Shown: positions 1-6,990 of the stretch, one piece after another | Numbering within the stretch: the stretch's first letter is position 1 | How the letters are laid out: each line of letters starts with the position of its first letter | DNA from: Paenibacillus sp. | GTDB taxonomy: Bacteria; Bacillota; Bacilli; Paenibacillales; NBRC-103111 | Reading direction: 5' to 3' | DNA: 41,093 bases | Assembly (NCBI GenBank): GCA_029239545.1 | Contig: JARBUQ010000001.1 | Location: 1 to 41,093 of the forward strand | The notes under the pieces: generated by a model | Seen by the model: the letters and a program-made list of their open reading frames with translations, nothing else | Told to the model about the DNA's origin: nothing | Database searches by the model: none | Translations under genes and position numbers: made by a program

Positions 1-10
1 TGAAAAAAAA

Positions 11-49
11 GCAGGATTCATTTTGTATCCATCGAATTAACTATATAAT
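11..49 (+). promoter_or_regulatory. SigH-type promoter upstream of cas5c (AGGA-N17-GAAT), plus a nearby TATAAT
   Basis: GCAGGA at 11-16 and GAAT at 34-37 with 17 nt between AGGA and GAAT, preceded by an A-tract, as in Bacillus SigH promoters such as spoVG; TATAAT at 44-49. Confidence 0.6.
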
Positions 50-152
50 ATGTGTGAAAACACACTTTTTTCTGAGCAGGTATCATTCTTAAGGAGCAGG
101 CATATTTAACTAGTAGGGGAGCTAGGCTTGCTTCTTTCTGCCAGGAGGTTTT

Positions 153-809
153 ATGGGATTTGGAATCAGATTGAAGGTCTGGGGCGAATATGCTTGCTTC
201 ACCAGGCCGGAAATGAAGGTTGAACGAGTCAGCTATGATGTAATGACACCTTCCGCAGCAAGAGGGCTGCTCGAATCCATTCATTGGAAGCCAGCTATCA
301 GATGGGTTATCGATCGTATTCATGTTTTGAATGAAATTCGCTTTGACACGATCAGGAGAAATGAACTAGAAAATAAAATTTCCCCTCGTCTCGTACAAGC
401 GGCTATGAAATCGGGGATGAGCCCTTTATCCCAACTTATTACAGAAGAACGACAGCAAAGAGCAACCTTACTGCTCAGACAGGTTGCCTATGTCATTGAG
501 GCTCATTTTGTCCTCACGGAGAAAGCAGGGGGAGAAGACCTTCCTGAGAAGCATTACGGTATGTTTTTACGGAGAGCCAGGCAGGGGCAGACATTCCATC
601 AACCTTACCTTGGCTGTCGGGAATTTGCTGCCAATTTTGAAATTCTTGAGCCTAAAGATGCATGTCCAAAATCCTATTATTATGAGATTTCTGACAAGGA
701 TTTGGGCTGGATGTTGTGGGACCTTGATTATGAGGAGGAGATGACGCCGCAATTTTTTCGCGCAGCGATGCGCCATGGAATTGTCGAAATTCCAGACCTT
801 AAGCGGTGA
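153..809 (+). CDS. cas5c: Type I-C CRISPR-associated protein Cas5c (Cas5d), crRNA-processing endoribonuclease
   Basis: Motifs VWGEYACFTRPEMKVERVSYDVMTPSAARG, IHWKPAI, EKH and QPYLGCREF; AGGAGG RBS. Confidence 0.97.
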   Translation: MGFGIRLKVWGEYACFTRPEMKVERVSYDVMTPSAARGLLESIHWKPAIRWVIDRIHVLNEIRFDTIRRNELENKISPRLVQAAMKSGMSPLSQLITEERQQRATLLLRQVAYVIEAHFVLTEKAGGEDLPEKHYGMFLRRARQGQTFHQPYLGCREFAANFEILEPKDACPKSYYYEISDKDLGWMLWDLDYEEEMTPQFFRAAMRHGIVEIPDLKR

Positions 810-821
810 GGTGGGGAGTTC

Positions 822-2645
822 ATGATTATTCAAGCTTTATACGAACGGTACGAGTACCTGCTGCAGGATCCTGCTTCCCCAATATGTGAGCCTTATTTCT
901 CAATAGCCAAAGTGTCCTATGTACTCGAAATTTCAGCTGATGGTGACCTGCTCAAGGTGATAGATCTAAGAAAGCGGCAGGGGAAAAAATGGGTGTCCCT
1001 ATCCCTTCATGTGCCGGAGCAATCAGCAAGGCAATCGAATTTCAAGCCTTATTTCTTATGTGACAAGGTTGAATATTTGCTTGGATACTACATAAGCGAA
1101 GCGAAGCTCGAAGAAGCCAACCGCAAGTTCAGCCTAAGTAGGGAGCTGCATCATTCCATCTTGGCTCATTGTGAGGGAGAGGAGGCTCGTGCGGTTCATT
1201 CGTTTTTCGATCAGTGGAATGCAAGTAAGGTGAGAGAGGTTCGCGCGCTTCAACAGCATATGTCTGGTTTGGATTCAGGTATGGATCAAGTATGCGTGTT
1301 CCGACTGGAAGGCAAGCAATCATTTATTCACGAGCATGACTCTGTTCGACAAGGCTGGATTGCCAGTCAGGAGCAAGCAGACAGCGATTCGGATATGTTA
1401 GGGCAGTGTCTGGTTACAGGCCATTCGAATGTAAGGATCTCACGCATTCACGACAACAAGATCAGGGGAGTCAAAGGGGCACAGCCAAGCGGCGCGGCGG
1501 TTGTCTCTTTCAACAAGCAATCCTTTGATTCCTACAATAAAGAGCAGAGCTACAACGCTCCAATTAGTCGTGAAGTAGCATTCGGGTATACGACAGCGCT
1601 TAATGATCTATTAGCTTCTGATCTGAATTGTATTCGTGATATAGGAGATATGACCATTGTATTCTGGACTACGGGTCCTGAGGCTAAGGCTGCAGAGCAA
1701 GTGTTCAGGGAAGGGATTATTGGCAGCAATCCATATGAGGAATCGGGGCTTGAGGAGTTTACGACGACAACAACAATTGCTGCGATGAGGGATGTGCTGT
1801 TCCACATCAGAAGGGGCAAGCCCATAACCAACATCAGTCTGCCTCCGAATGGAGTCCCCTTCCATGTGCTTGGATTATCGCCTAATAACGCAAGACTCTC
1901 AATCCGATTTCACTGGGAGGGAGGGTTCGGTTCCATGCTGCGGAAGCTGATAGAGCATAGGGCTGACTTGGAGATTGTGCAGCCGGAGCAGTTTCTCTAC
2001 CCCTCAATTTCACGTATATTGGCTGAGACCACCCGCACCGGACTGGATGGCAAGAAATCAGGAGCAGGTGTTTCTCCGGCTCTTGCTGGAGACTTATTCG
2101 CTGCTGTAGTTACTGGAAAGGGATATCCTTACTCCCTCTATGTATCCATTATGAATCGAATCCGAGCCGATCTGAATGTCAGTTCCATTCGCGCCTCAAT
2201 CCTCAAGGCTTACTTGGCCCGGTATGCAAGAATCCATCAGATTGAATCTGTGAAGGAGGTTTTGTCCGTGAGCTTGAATAAGTCCACTAACAGTTCACCT
2301 TATCGATTGGGTCGCTTGTTCGCCGTTCTTGAGCGTACGCAGTTGGAGGCATCAGGGGGATATAACAAGCTGAATACCACGATTAAGAATCGTTATTTCT
2401 CTGCAGCATCTGCAACGCCGGCAGCAGTGTTCCCTATGCTGCTCAAGCTGTCTCAGCATCATATATCCAAAGCCGATTACGGACAGTTCCGGGATCGAGA
2501 GATTCAGGAGATATTGGGGCCGATTGAGGTGTTTCCAATTCGACTGGATATGAATCAGCAAGGGATGTTCATGCTCGGCTACTATCATCAGAAGCAAGAT
2601 TTCTTCTCAGGCAGCACAAAGGCAGAGGTCAAGGTAGCAGAGTAA
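822..2645 (+). CDS. cas8c: Type I-C Cascade large subunit Cas8c (Csd1)
   Basis: MIIQALYERY start, FLCDK, CLVTG, VSFNKQSFDSY, LGLSPNNARLSIRF, YRLGRLFAVLE, FMLGYYHQ; lies between cas5c and cas7c. Confidence 0.96.
   Translation: MIIQALYERYEYLLQDPASPICEPYFSIAKVSYVLEISADGDLLKVIDLRKRQGKKWVSLSLHVPEQSARQSNFKPYFLCDKVEYLLGYYISEAKLEEANRKFSLSRELHHSILAHCEGEEARAVHSFFDQWNASKVREVRALQQHMSGLDSGMDQVCVFRLEGKQSFIHEHDSVRQGWIASQEQADSDSDMLGQCLVTGHSNVRISRIHDNKIRGVKGAQPSGAAVVSFNKQSFDSYNKEQSYNAPISREVAFGYTTALNDLLASDLNCIRDIGDMTIVFWTTGPEAKAAEQVFREGIIGSNPYEESGLEEFTTTTTIAAMRDVLFHIRRGKPITNISLPPNGVPFHVLGLSPNNARLSIRFHWEGGFGSMLRKLIEHRADLEIVQPEQFLYPSISRILAETTRTGLDGKKSGAGVSPALAGDLFAAVVTGKGYPYSLYVSIMNRIRADLNVSSIRASILKAYLARYARIHQIESVKEVLSVSLNKSTNSSPYRLGRLFAVLERTQLEASGGYNKLNTTIKNRYFSAASATPAAVFPMLLKLSQHHISKADYGQFRDREIQEILGPIEVFPIRLDMNQQGMFMLGYYHQKQDFFSGSTKAEVKVAE
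2268..2645 (+). CDS. cas11c: Cas11c small subunit from an internal in-frame start in cas8c (125 aa)
   Basis: AAGGAGG at 2253-2259, 8 nt before an in-frame GTG at 2268, just ahead of the YRLGRLFAVLE domain; internal Cas11 translation is established for type I-C. Confidence 0.8.
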   Translation: MSLNKSTNSSPYRLGRLFAVLERTQLEASGGYNKLNTTIKNRYFSAASATPAAVFPMLLKLSQHHISKADYGQFRDREIQEILGPIEVFPIRLDMNQQGMFMLGYYHQKQDFFSGSTKAEVKVAE

Positions 2646-2724
2646 CGGACAATGCGTCAAGAACCTGCGTGTGCTGAGAAAGAGCCTGACACAACACAAT
2701 TGAAAGTGAAAGGGGGATTATAAG

Positions 2725-3609
2725 GTGACGGATAAGAGAGACCGGCATCAAGCATTGGATAGACGCTTTGATTTCTCGCTCTTCTTCGATGTCAAGGACG
2801 GTAATCCAAACAGTGATCCAGATGCAGGGAATATGCCGCGGATCGATCCGGAGACCGGGCATGGAATTGTGACGGATGTATGCCTCAAGCGAAAAGTGCG
2901 CAATTATGTAGAAATTGCAAGGGAGCAGGCGGAGGGCTGCAAAATCTATGTGACGGAAGGGGCGGTACTAAACGAGAGGAATCGCATGGCATACCGCTCC
3001 TTACGACCCGCGGATGCAGATAAACCGGAACTGGCCCCCAAGGACCGCACGGAAGCGAAACATTTGACCCAGTGGATGTGCGACAACTTCTATGATATTC
3101 GCACATTCGGAGCGGTTATGAATACACGAGTGAATTGCGGACAAGTGAGAGGACCGGTTCAATTCACCTTCTCTCGCAGTATCGAGCCTATCTTCTCCCA
3201 GGAGGTGACCATTACCCGTCAGGCCGTCACCAAGGAAGGAGAAGACAAGGAGCGCGAGATAGGACGCAAGCACATGATTCCTTATGCGTTATACCGTATG
3301 GATGGTTTTGTATCGGCGTACTTGGCCCGTAAGACCGGCTTCACTGCGGCGGATTTGGATTTGCTGTGGGAAGCTATCTCCAATATGTTCGAGCATGACC
3401 GTTCTGCATCGCGGGGGATGATGACAGTCAGAAAGCTCGTTGTATTCGAGCATGAGACAGGCCTCGGCAATGCGCACGCCCACCACCTGTTCGAGCGGAT
3501 CGCCGCAGAACGGATATCAGAGGGGCCTCCCCGATCCATTCAAGATTACAAGATTCATGTAATGAAGGATCATATTCCTTCGGGTATTAAGATCAGAGAG
3601 ATATGCTAG
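2725..3609 (+). CDS. cas7c: Type I-C Cascade backbone Cas7c (Csd2)
   Basis: DGNPNSDPDAGNMPRID, TDVCLKRKVRNY, FYDIRTFGAVM, GQVRGPVQF, MFEHDRSASRG motifs. Confidence 0.97.
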   Translation: MTDKRDRHQALDRRFDFSLFFDVKDGNPNSDPDAGNMPRIDPETGHGIVTDVCLKRKVRNYVEIAREQAEGCKIYVTEGAVLNERNRMAYRSLRPADADKPELAPKDRTEAKHLTQWMCDNFYDIRTFGAVMNTRVNCGQVRGPVQFTFSRSIEPIFSQEVTITRQAVTKEGEDKEREIGRKHMIPYALYRMDGFVSAYLARKTGFTAADLDLLWEAISNMFEHDRSASRGMMTVRKLVVFEHETGLGNAHAHHLFERIAAERISEGPPRSIQDYKIHVMKDHIPSGIKIREIC

Positions 3610-3620
3610 CTGAACAAACA

Positions 3621-3758
3621 GCCGCTTCATTTTCGGCACCTCGCGTGGGGAACCGCGCGAGGTGCCGAAAGCGGAAGTGTGGATTGAAACCAGGTTATGC
3701 CTAAGTGTATGTATAAACGTATCAAGTCGCTCCCCGTCAGGGGAGTGTGGGTGTTAGA
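3621..3758 (+). CRISPR. Type I-C mini-array: modified repeat 1 (3621-3690), one 35-nt spacer (3691-3725), 3'-degenerate repeat 2 (3726-3758)
   Basis: Repeat 1 ends in GTGTGGATTGAAAC, the I-C 3' end; repeat 2 begins GTCGCTCCCC-GTCA-GGGGAGTGTGG, an I-C hairpin; spacer CAGGTTATGCCTAAGTGTATGTATAAACGTATCAA; starts 11 nt after the cas7 stop. Confidence 0.9.
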
Positions 3759-3769
3759 ATAGCGGAACG

Positions 3770-3807
3770 GCAAAAGCGTCATCCTCTGGAGGATGGCGCT
3801 TTTGCTT
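3770..3807 (+). terminator. Intrinsic terminator closing the cas/mini-array transcript
   Basis: GCAAAAGCGTCATCCTC-TG-GAGGATGGCGCTTTTGC inverted repeat with one G-U pair. Confidence 0.8.
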
Positions 3808-3861
3808 GTGGTCTTAACTTTGAAAGGAGAAGGAAACTCACAACTGAAAAGATGAATCATT

Positions 3862-3899
3862 AGGCGCCTGCTCCCTTACTGGGATCGGGGGCCTTTTTT
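3862..3899 (+). terminator. Second intrinsic terminator-like hairpin
   Basis: AGGCGCCTGCTCCC-TTACT-GGGATCGGGGGCCT imperfect stem followed by a T-run. Confidence 0.6.
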
Positions 3900-4162
3900 G
3901 GTCCTTCAGTCAGGGACTGCCCATTCCTGAGCGGTTCTTTGTGTGCAGATCGAAGGATACAAACATACCGTTCAAGCTTAGGTATTTAGACAAGCAACGG
4001 CTGAGGTGTTCTAGTACAGGCTTAGGTACAGGGGCATGGGTCGAAGTGATGAGGCATAAACCCTTGCCGTACAACGCTTGCAGCTTGTCCATACAGTGTG
4101 CCGGCAAGCTATTTTCATCTTGATTCGGGTTTATTTCGTTCCATTCGATCTACTTGTCCTGT

Positions 4163-4200
4163 GATATAAGATTTTACATCAACTTGGACATATCCTGGAA
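4163..4200 (-). promoter_or_regulatory. Partial protospacer with TTC PAM for the mini-array spacer, upstream of the polysaccharide operon
   Basis: Minus strand reads TTC-CAGGATATGTCCAAGTTGATGTAAAATCTTATATC; 24 of the first 32 positions are identical to the spacer without gaps. Confidence 0.85.
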
Positions 4201-4277
4201 GGATGAGAATAAGATGATAGTGTAAAAGCAATTTTTCAATAGGATCAGAAACAAGTCGAACGAAGGAGAAATCGCGG

Positions 4278-5045
4278 ATGGAATTTGAATTGGGCAGCAT
4301 TGTGAAACTTGTAAGGCGTCGGTTGTGGTTCATCACCACTTTGTCGATTGCTGCGCTTGCTTTTGCCTGGTACATCAGCTACTACGTGTTGAAGCCTGAG
4401 TATGAGGCGACCGCGTCTTTGCTCATCCAAGGAGACAGACAGCAGCAAGCCGTGAATGACATTGTGGCCGGACAAAAGCTGGTTACAACTTACGGTGAGA
4501 TTATTCGAAGCAACCGGATCGCGGAAGAGGTGGTGAAACGTCTGGATCTCGACATGACACCGCAAAAGCTGCTTACCAAAATCAAGACAAGGACGAGCAG
4601 TGAATCATTGCTCACGACGGTAATCGCCACAGATTCCGATCCAAAGAGGGCGAGTGATATCGCAAATGGTTTTGCCGAGACGTTCTATGGGAATATCCGG
4701 TCCATCATGGGTGTGGACAATATTCTGTTCCTGGATCAAGCCAAGGTGCCGTCCGAGCCCATTCCGGTTACACCCAAGCCATTCTTCAACATGGTGGTTG
4801 CCTTCGGACTTGCTCTTGTCGCGGGAATCGGAATATCGATTGTGCGGGAGATGATGGACAAAACCGTCAGCAGTACAAAGGACATCGAGCTTGAGCTGCA
4901 GCTGCCGTTATTAGGCACGGTCGGGAAGCTGAAGCCGCGCAAATGGAGGCGCAAACTGCGCAGACATAAATCCTTAGAAGGGGAGAGCGAATATGAGAAA
5001 GAGGATACCTCGATTGTACTGCCAGGCCGAACCGAAATCAGCTAA
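4278..5045 (+). CDS. Wzz/CapA/EpsA-type chain-length regulator (tyrosine-kinase modulator)
   Basis: N-terminal TM, PEYEATASLLI, PVTPKP followed by a second TM, LPLLGTV; AAGGAG RBS. Confidence 0.92.
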   Translation: MEFELGSIVKLVRRRLWFITTLSIAALAFAWYISYYVLKPEYEATASLLIQGDRQQQAVNDIVAGQKLVTTYGEIIRSNRIAEEVVKRLDLDMTPQKLLTKIKTRTSSESLLTTVIATDSDPKRASDIANGFAETFYGNIRSIMGVDNILFLDQAKVPSEPIPVTPKPFFNMVVAFGLALVAGIGISIVREMMDKTVSSTKDIELELQLPLLGTVGKLKPRKWRRKLRRHKSLEGESEYEKEDTSIVLPGRTEIS

Positions 5046-5721
5046 TGCGGAGCTGTTCCGTGCGATTCGGACTAATATTCGCTATACCCGGGTAGGCGGC
5101 GAGATCCGCTCGATATTGGTCACAAGCTCTCTTCCCGGGGAGGGCAAATCGACAGTAGCCGTTAACCTCGCTGTCGCTATAGCGGAAACCGGAAGAACGG
5201 TGCTGCTCATTGATGGGGACCTGCGCACTCCCGCGGTTCATGAGGCCTTTGACCTGCCTAACATTACCGGCTTAACAAGCATCCTCGTGGATCAGGCCAA
5301 GCTGGCGGATTGCGTGTATGAGATCAGGGATTCGCCAGGACTATGTGTTCTGCCCTCTGGCCCGTTATCTCCGAATCCTGCTGAACTGCTCGGCTCTAAT
5401 GGGATGATGCATCTGCTCGCTGAGCTTCATGACAAGTGGGACACCTTGATTATCGATGGCTCGTCGGTTCTGCTGCCTTCCTCAGATGCGTTGATCCTGT
5501 CCTCTATGACAGAGGGAGTGCTGCTTGTCGTTCAATCCGGCAAAGTGCTGCAGAAGCATACGAACAGTGCCAAGCTATTGCTGGAAAAGCAAGGCGCCCA
5601 CCTGTTAGGAGCCGTGTTGAACAGAAAAGGCCGGAGCAGCAAAAAAGGCGATAACAAAAGCTATGCGATCAGTGGAGAAGACTTCGCATCGTGGGCTTCC
5701 TCGGCAGGGAAGGACAGATGA
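4993..5721 (+). CDS. CpsD/CapB/EpsB-family bacterial tyrosine kinase
   Basis: AELFRAIRTNI, Walker A SSLPGEGKST, LLIDGDLR, PNPAELLGS, LLGAVLN. Confidence 0.92.
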   Translation: MRKRIPRLYCQAEPKSANAELFRAIRTNIRYTRVGGEIRSILVTSSLPGEGKSTVAVNLAVAIAETGRTVLLIDGDLRTPAVHEAFDLPNITGLTSILVDQAKLADCVYEIRDSPGLCVLPSGPLSPNPAELLGSNGMMHLLAELHDKWDTLIIDGSSVLLPSSDALILSSMTEGVLLVVQSGKVLQKHTNSAKLLLEKQGAHLLGAVLNRKGRSSKKGDNKSYAISGEDFASWASSAGKDR

Positions 5722-6956
5722 CCTTTCTGGCTATCCGTTATTTGCTCGGCAGCATCGTCTATGCGGGAGCTCAGTTCGTTATTGTGAGTTTGTTGAACAA
5801 ATTCGGCTCTACTGAGCACATCGGACAATATGCACTCGGACTCGCCATCACGGCTCCAATCTTCATGCTGTCGCATCTGCACCTGCGTTCAGTCTGGATC
5901 GTGAATTCGTCCGGCAAGCATACGTTCGGATCCTACATCGGTCTTCGCTGGCTAACGAGTGCCGCTGCGTTCTCCATCACGGTTGGCATAGCACTCTTAG
6001 GCGGATTCGACCGTAATACGAGTCTGGTAATTGTCCTGATCAGCACGTATCGATTTATTGAATCGATCAGCGACTTGCTGCTGGGAGTTTGTCAGAAGCA
6101 GGAGCAGCTGGATTCGATAACCTTCTCCAGAATATCCAAAGGCATCATATCCACGATTAGTTTCATTCTGGTATACATACCGACACAAAGCCTTATTCTG
6201 TCGTTGCTCACCATGATTATCGGGTGGTTCTGTATTATGCTCGGGTACGATTTCCGCAAGGCACGCCAACTGGTAGCAACCCGGCCTGTGTTCGCTTATA
6301 AGCAATTAAAACCGCTCGTTCGCGCAAGCGCTCCGCTGGGCATCGTGCTTGCGCTCATGTCCTTGAATGCGAATATCCCTCATTATTCGATTGCTTACTT
6401 CAGGGGACAGCATGATCTTGGGGTGTACGCTTCACTCGCTTATATGATTGTAGCTTGCAACGTGGTAGTAACGGCACTTGGCGAGGCGTACACACCACGT
6501 CTGGCAAAATGGTTCACCGAAGGCCGGTACTCCCTATTTGTCCGTTTACTAGTCCGGATGATCACGATGGGGGTTCTGCTTGGCGGTTTGGGATGTATAG
6601 GGGGATGGGCATTTGGAACGGAGCTGCTCACCTTGTTATACAATCGCGAGCTTGCTGCCGAGATGGAGGTGTTCTTATGGATGCTGCTCTCGACCTTACT
6701 CATCTTTGTTTCATCATTCCTGTGGTATGGCATCACGGCAACCCGAACCTTCAGCCTGCAAATTCCCCTTTTTCTGTGTACTGCGGGGAGTAATGCGGCG
6801 GCCTGTCTCCTGCTTGTTCCGCGTTATGGCTTGGTGGGAGCTGCTGCCGGCACGATGGTTTCCTTGCTTGTCCAGACGGGAGGGAGTGTGCTGTTGTTGA
6901 TTTACGCAATGAATAAGGAAAAAAGAAGAGTAAATGGGGAAGCAGCAGCGGCATAA
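5718..6956 (+). CDS. Wzx-type polysaccharide flippase
   Basis: Many TM segments, GQYALGLAITAPIF, LGVYASLAY, LVPRYGLVGAA; ATG overlaps the upstream stop (ATGA). Confidence 0.88.
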   Translation: MTFLAIRYLLGSIVYAGAQFVIVSLLNKFGSTEHIGQYALGLAITAPIFMLSHLHLRSVWIVNSSGKHTFGSYIGLRWLTSAAAFSITVGIALLGGFDRNTSLVIVLISTYRFIESISDLLLGVCQKQEQLDSITFSRISKGIISTISFILVYIPTQSLILSLLTMIIGWFCIMLGYDFRKARQLVATRPVFAYKQLKPLVRASAPLGIVLALMSLNANIPHYSIAYFRGQHDLGVYASLAYMIVACNVVVTALGEAYTPRLAKWFTEGRYSLFVRLLVRMITMGVLLGGLGCIGGWAFGTELLTLLYNRELAAEMEVFLWMLLSTLLIFVSSFLWYGITATRTFSLQIPLFLCTAGSNAAACLLLVPRYGLVGAAAGTMVSLLVQTGGSVLLLIYAMNKEKRRVNGEAAAA

Positions 6957-6990
6957 CAGCTGGTGCAGCTTCCTCGAATTGGGGGATAAG

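Noticed and set aside
60-152. Spacer targeting the cas promoter (CreR-type autoregulation)
   Set aside because: Only CAGGT-like fragments, no adjacent TTC PAM and no ungapped extension within the visible upstream region
3631-3670. Long hairpin after cas7 as an intrinsic terminator
   Set aside because: No U-tract follows on either strand and it is nested within the arms of repeat 1
153-3807. CRISPR-associated transposon explanation for the missing cas3
   Set aside because: No tnsA/B/C, tniQ or transposon ends in the window; cannot be excluded upstream of position 1
3956-4030. GATAC/ACATAC/CTTAGG words resembling the spacer's reverse complement
   Set aside because: They align only with gaps, have no seed match and no PAM
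3910-4123. Short ORFs 3910-4107 (-) and 3941-4123 (+)
   Set aside because: No RBS, non-ATG starts and no recognisable motifs
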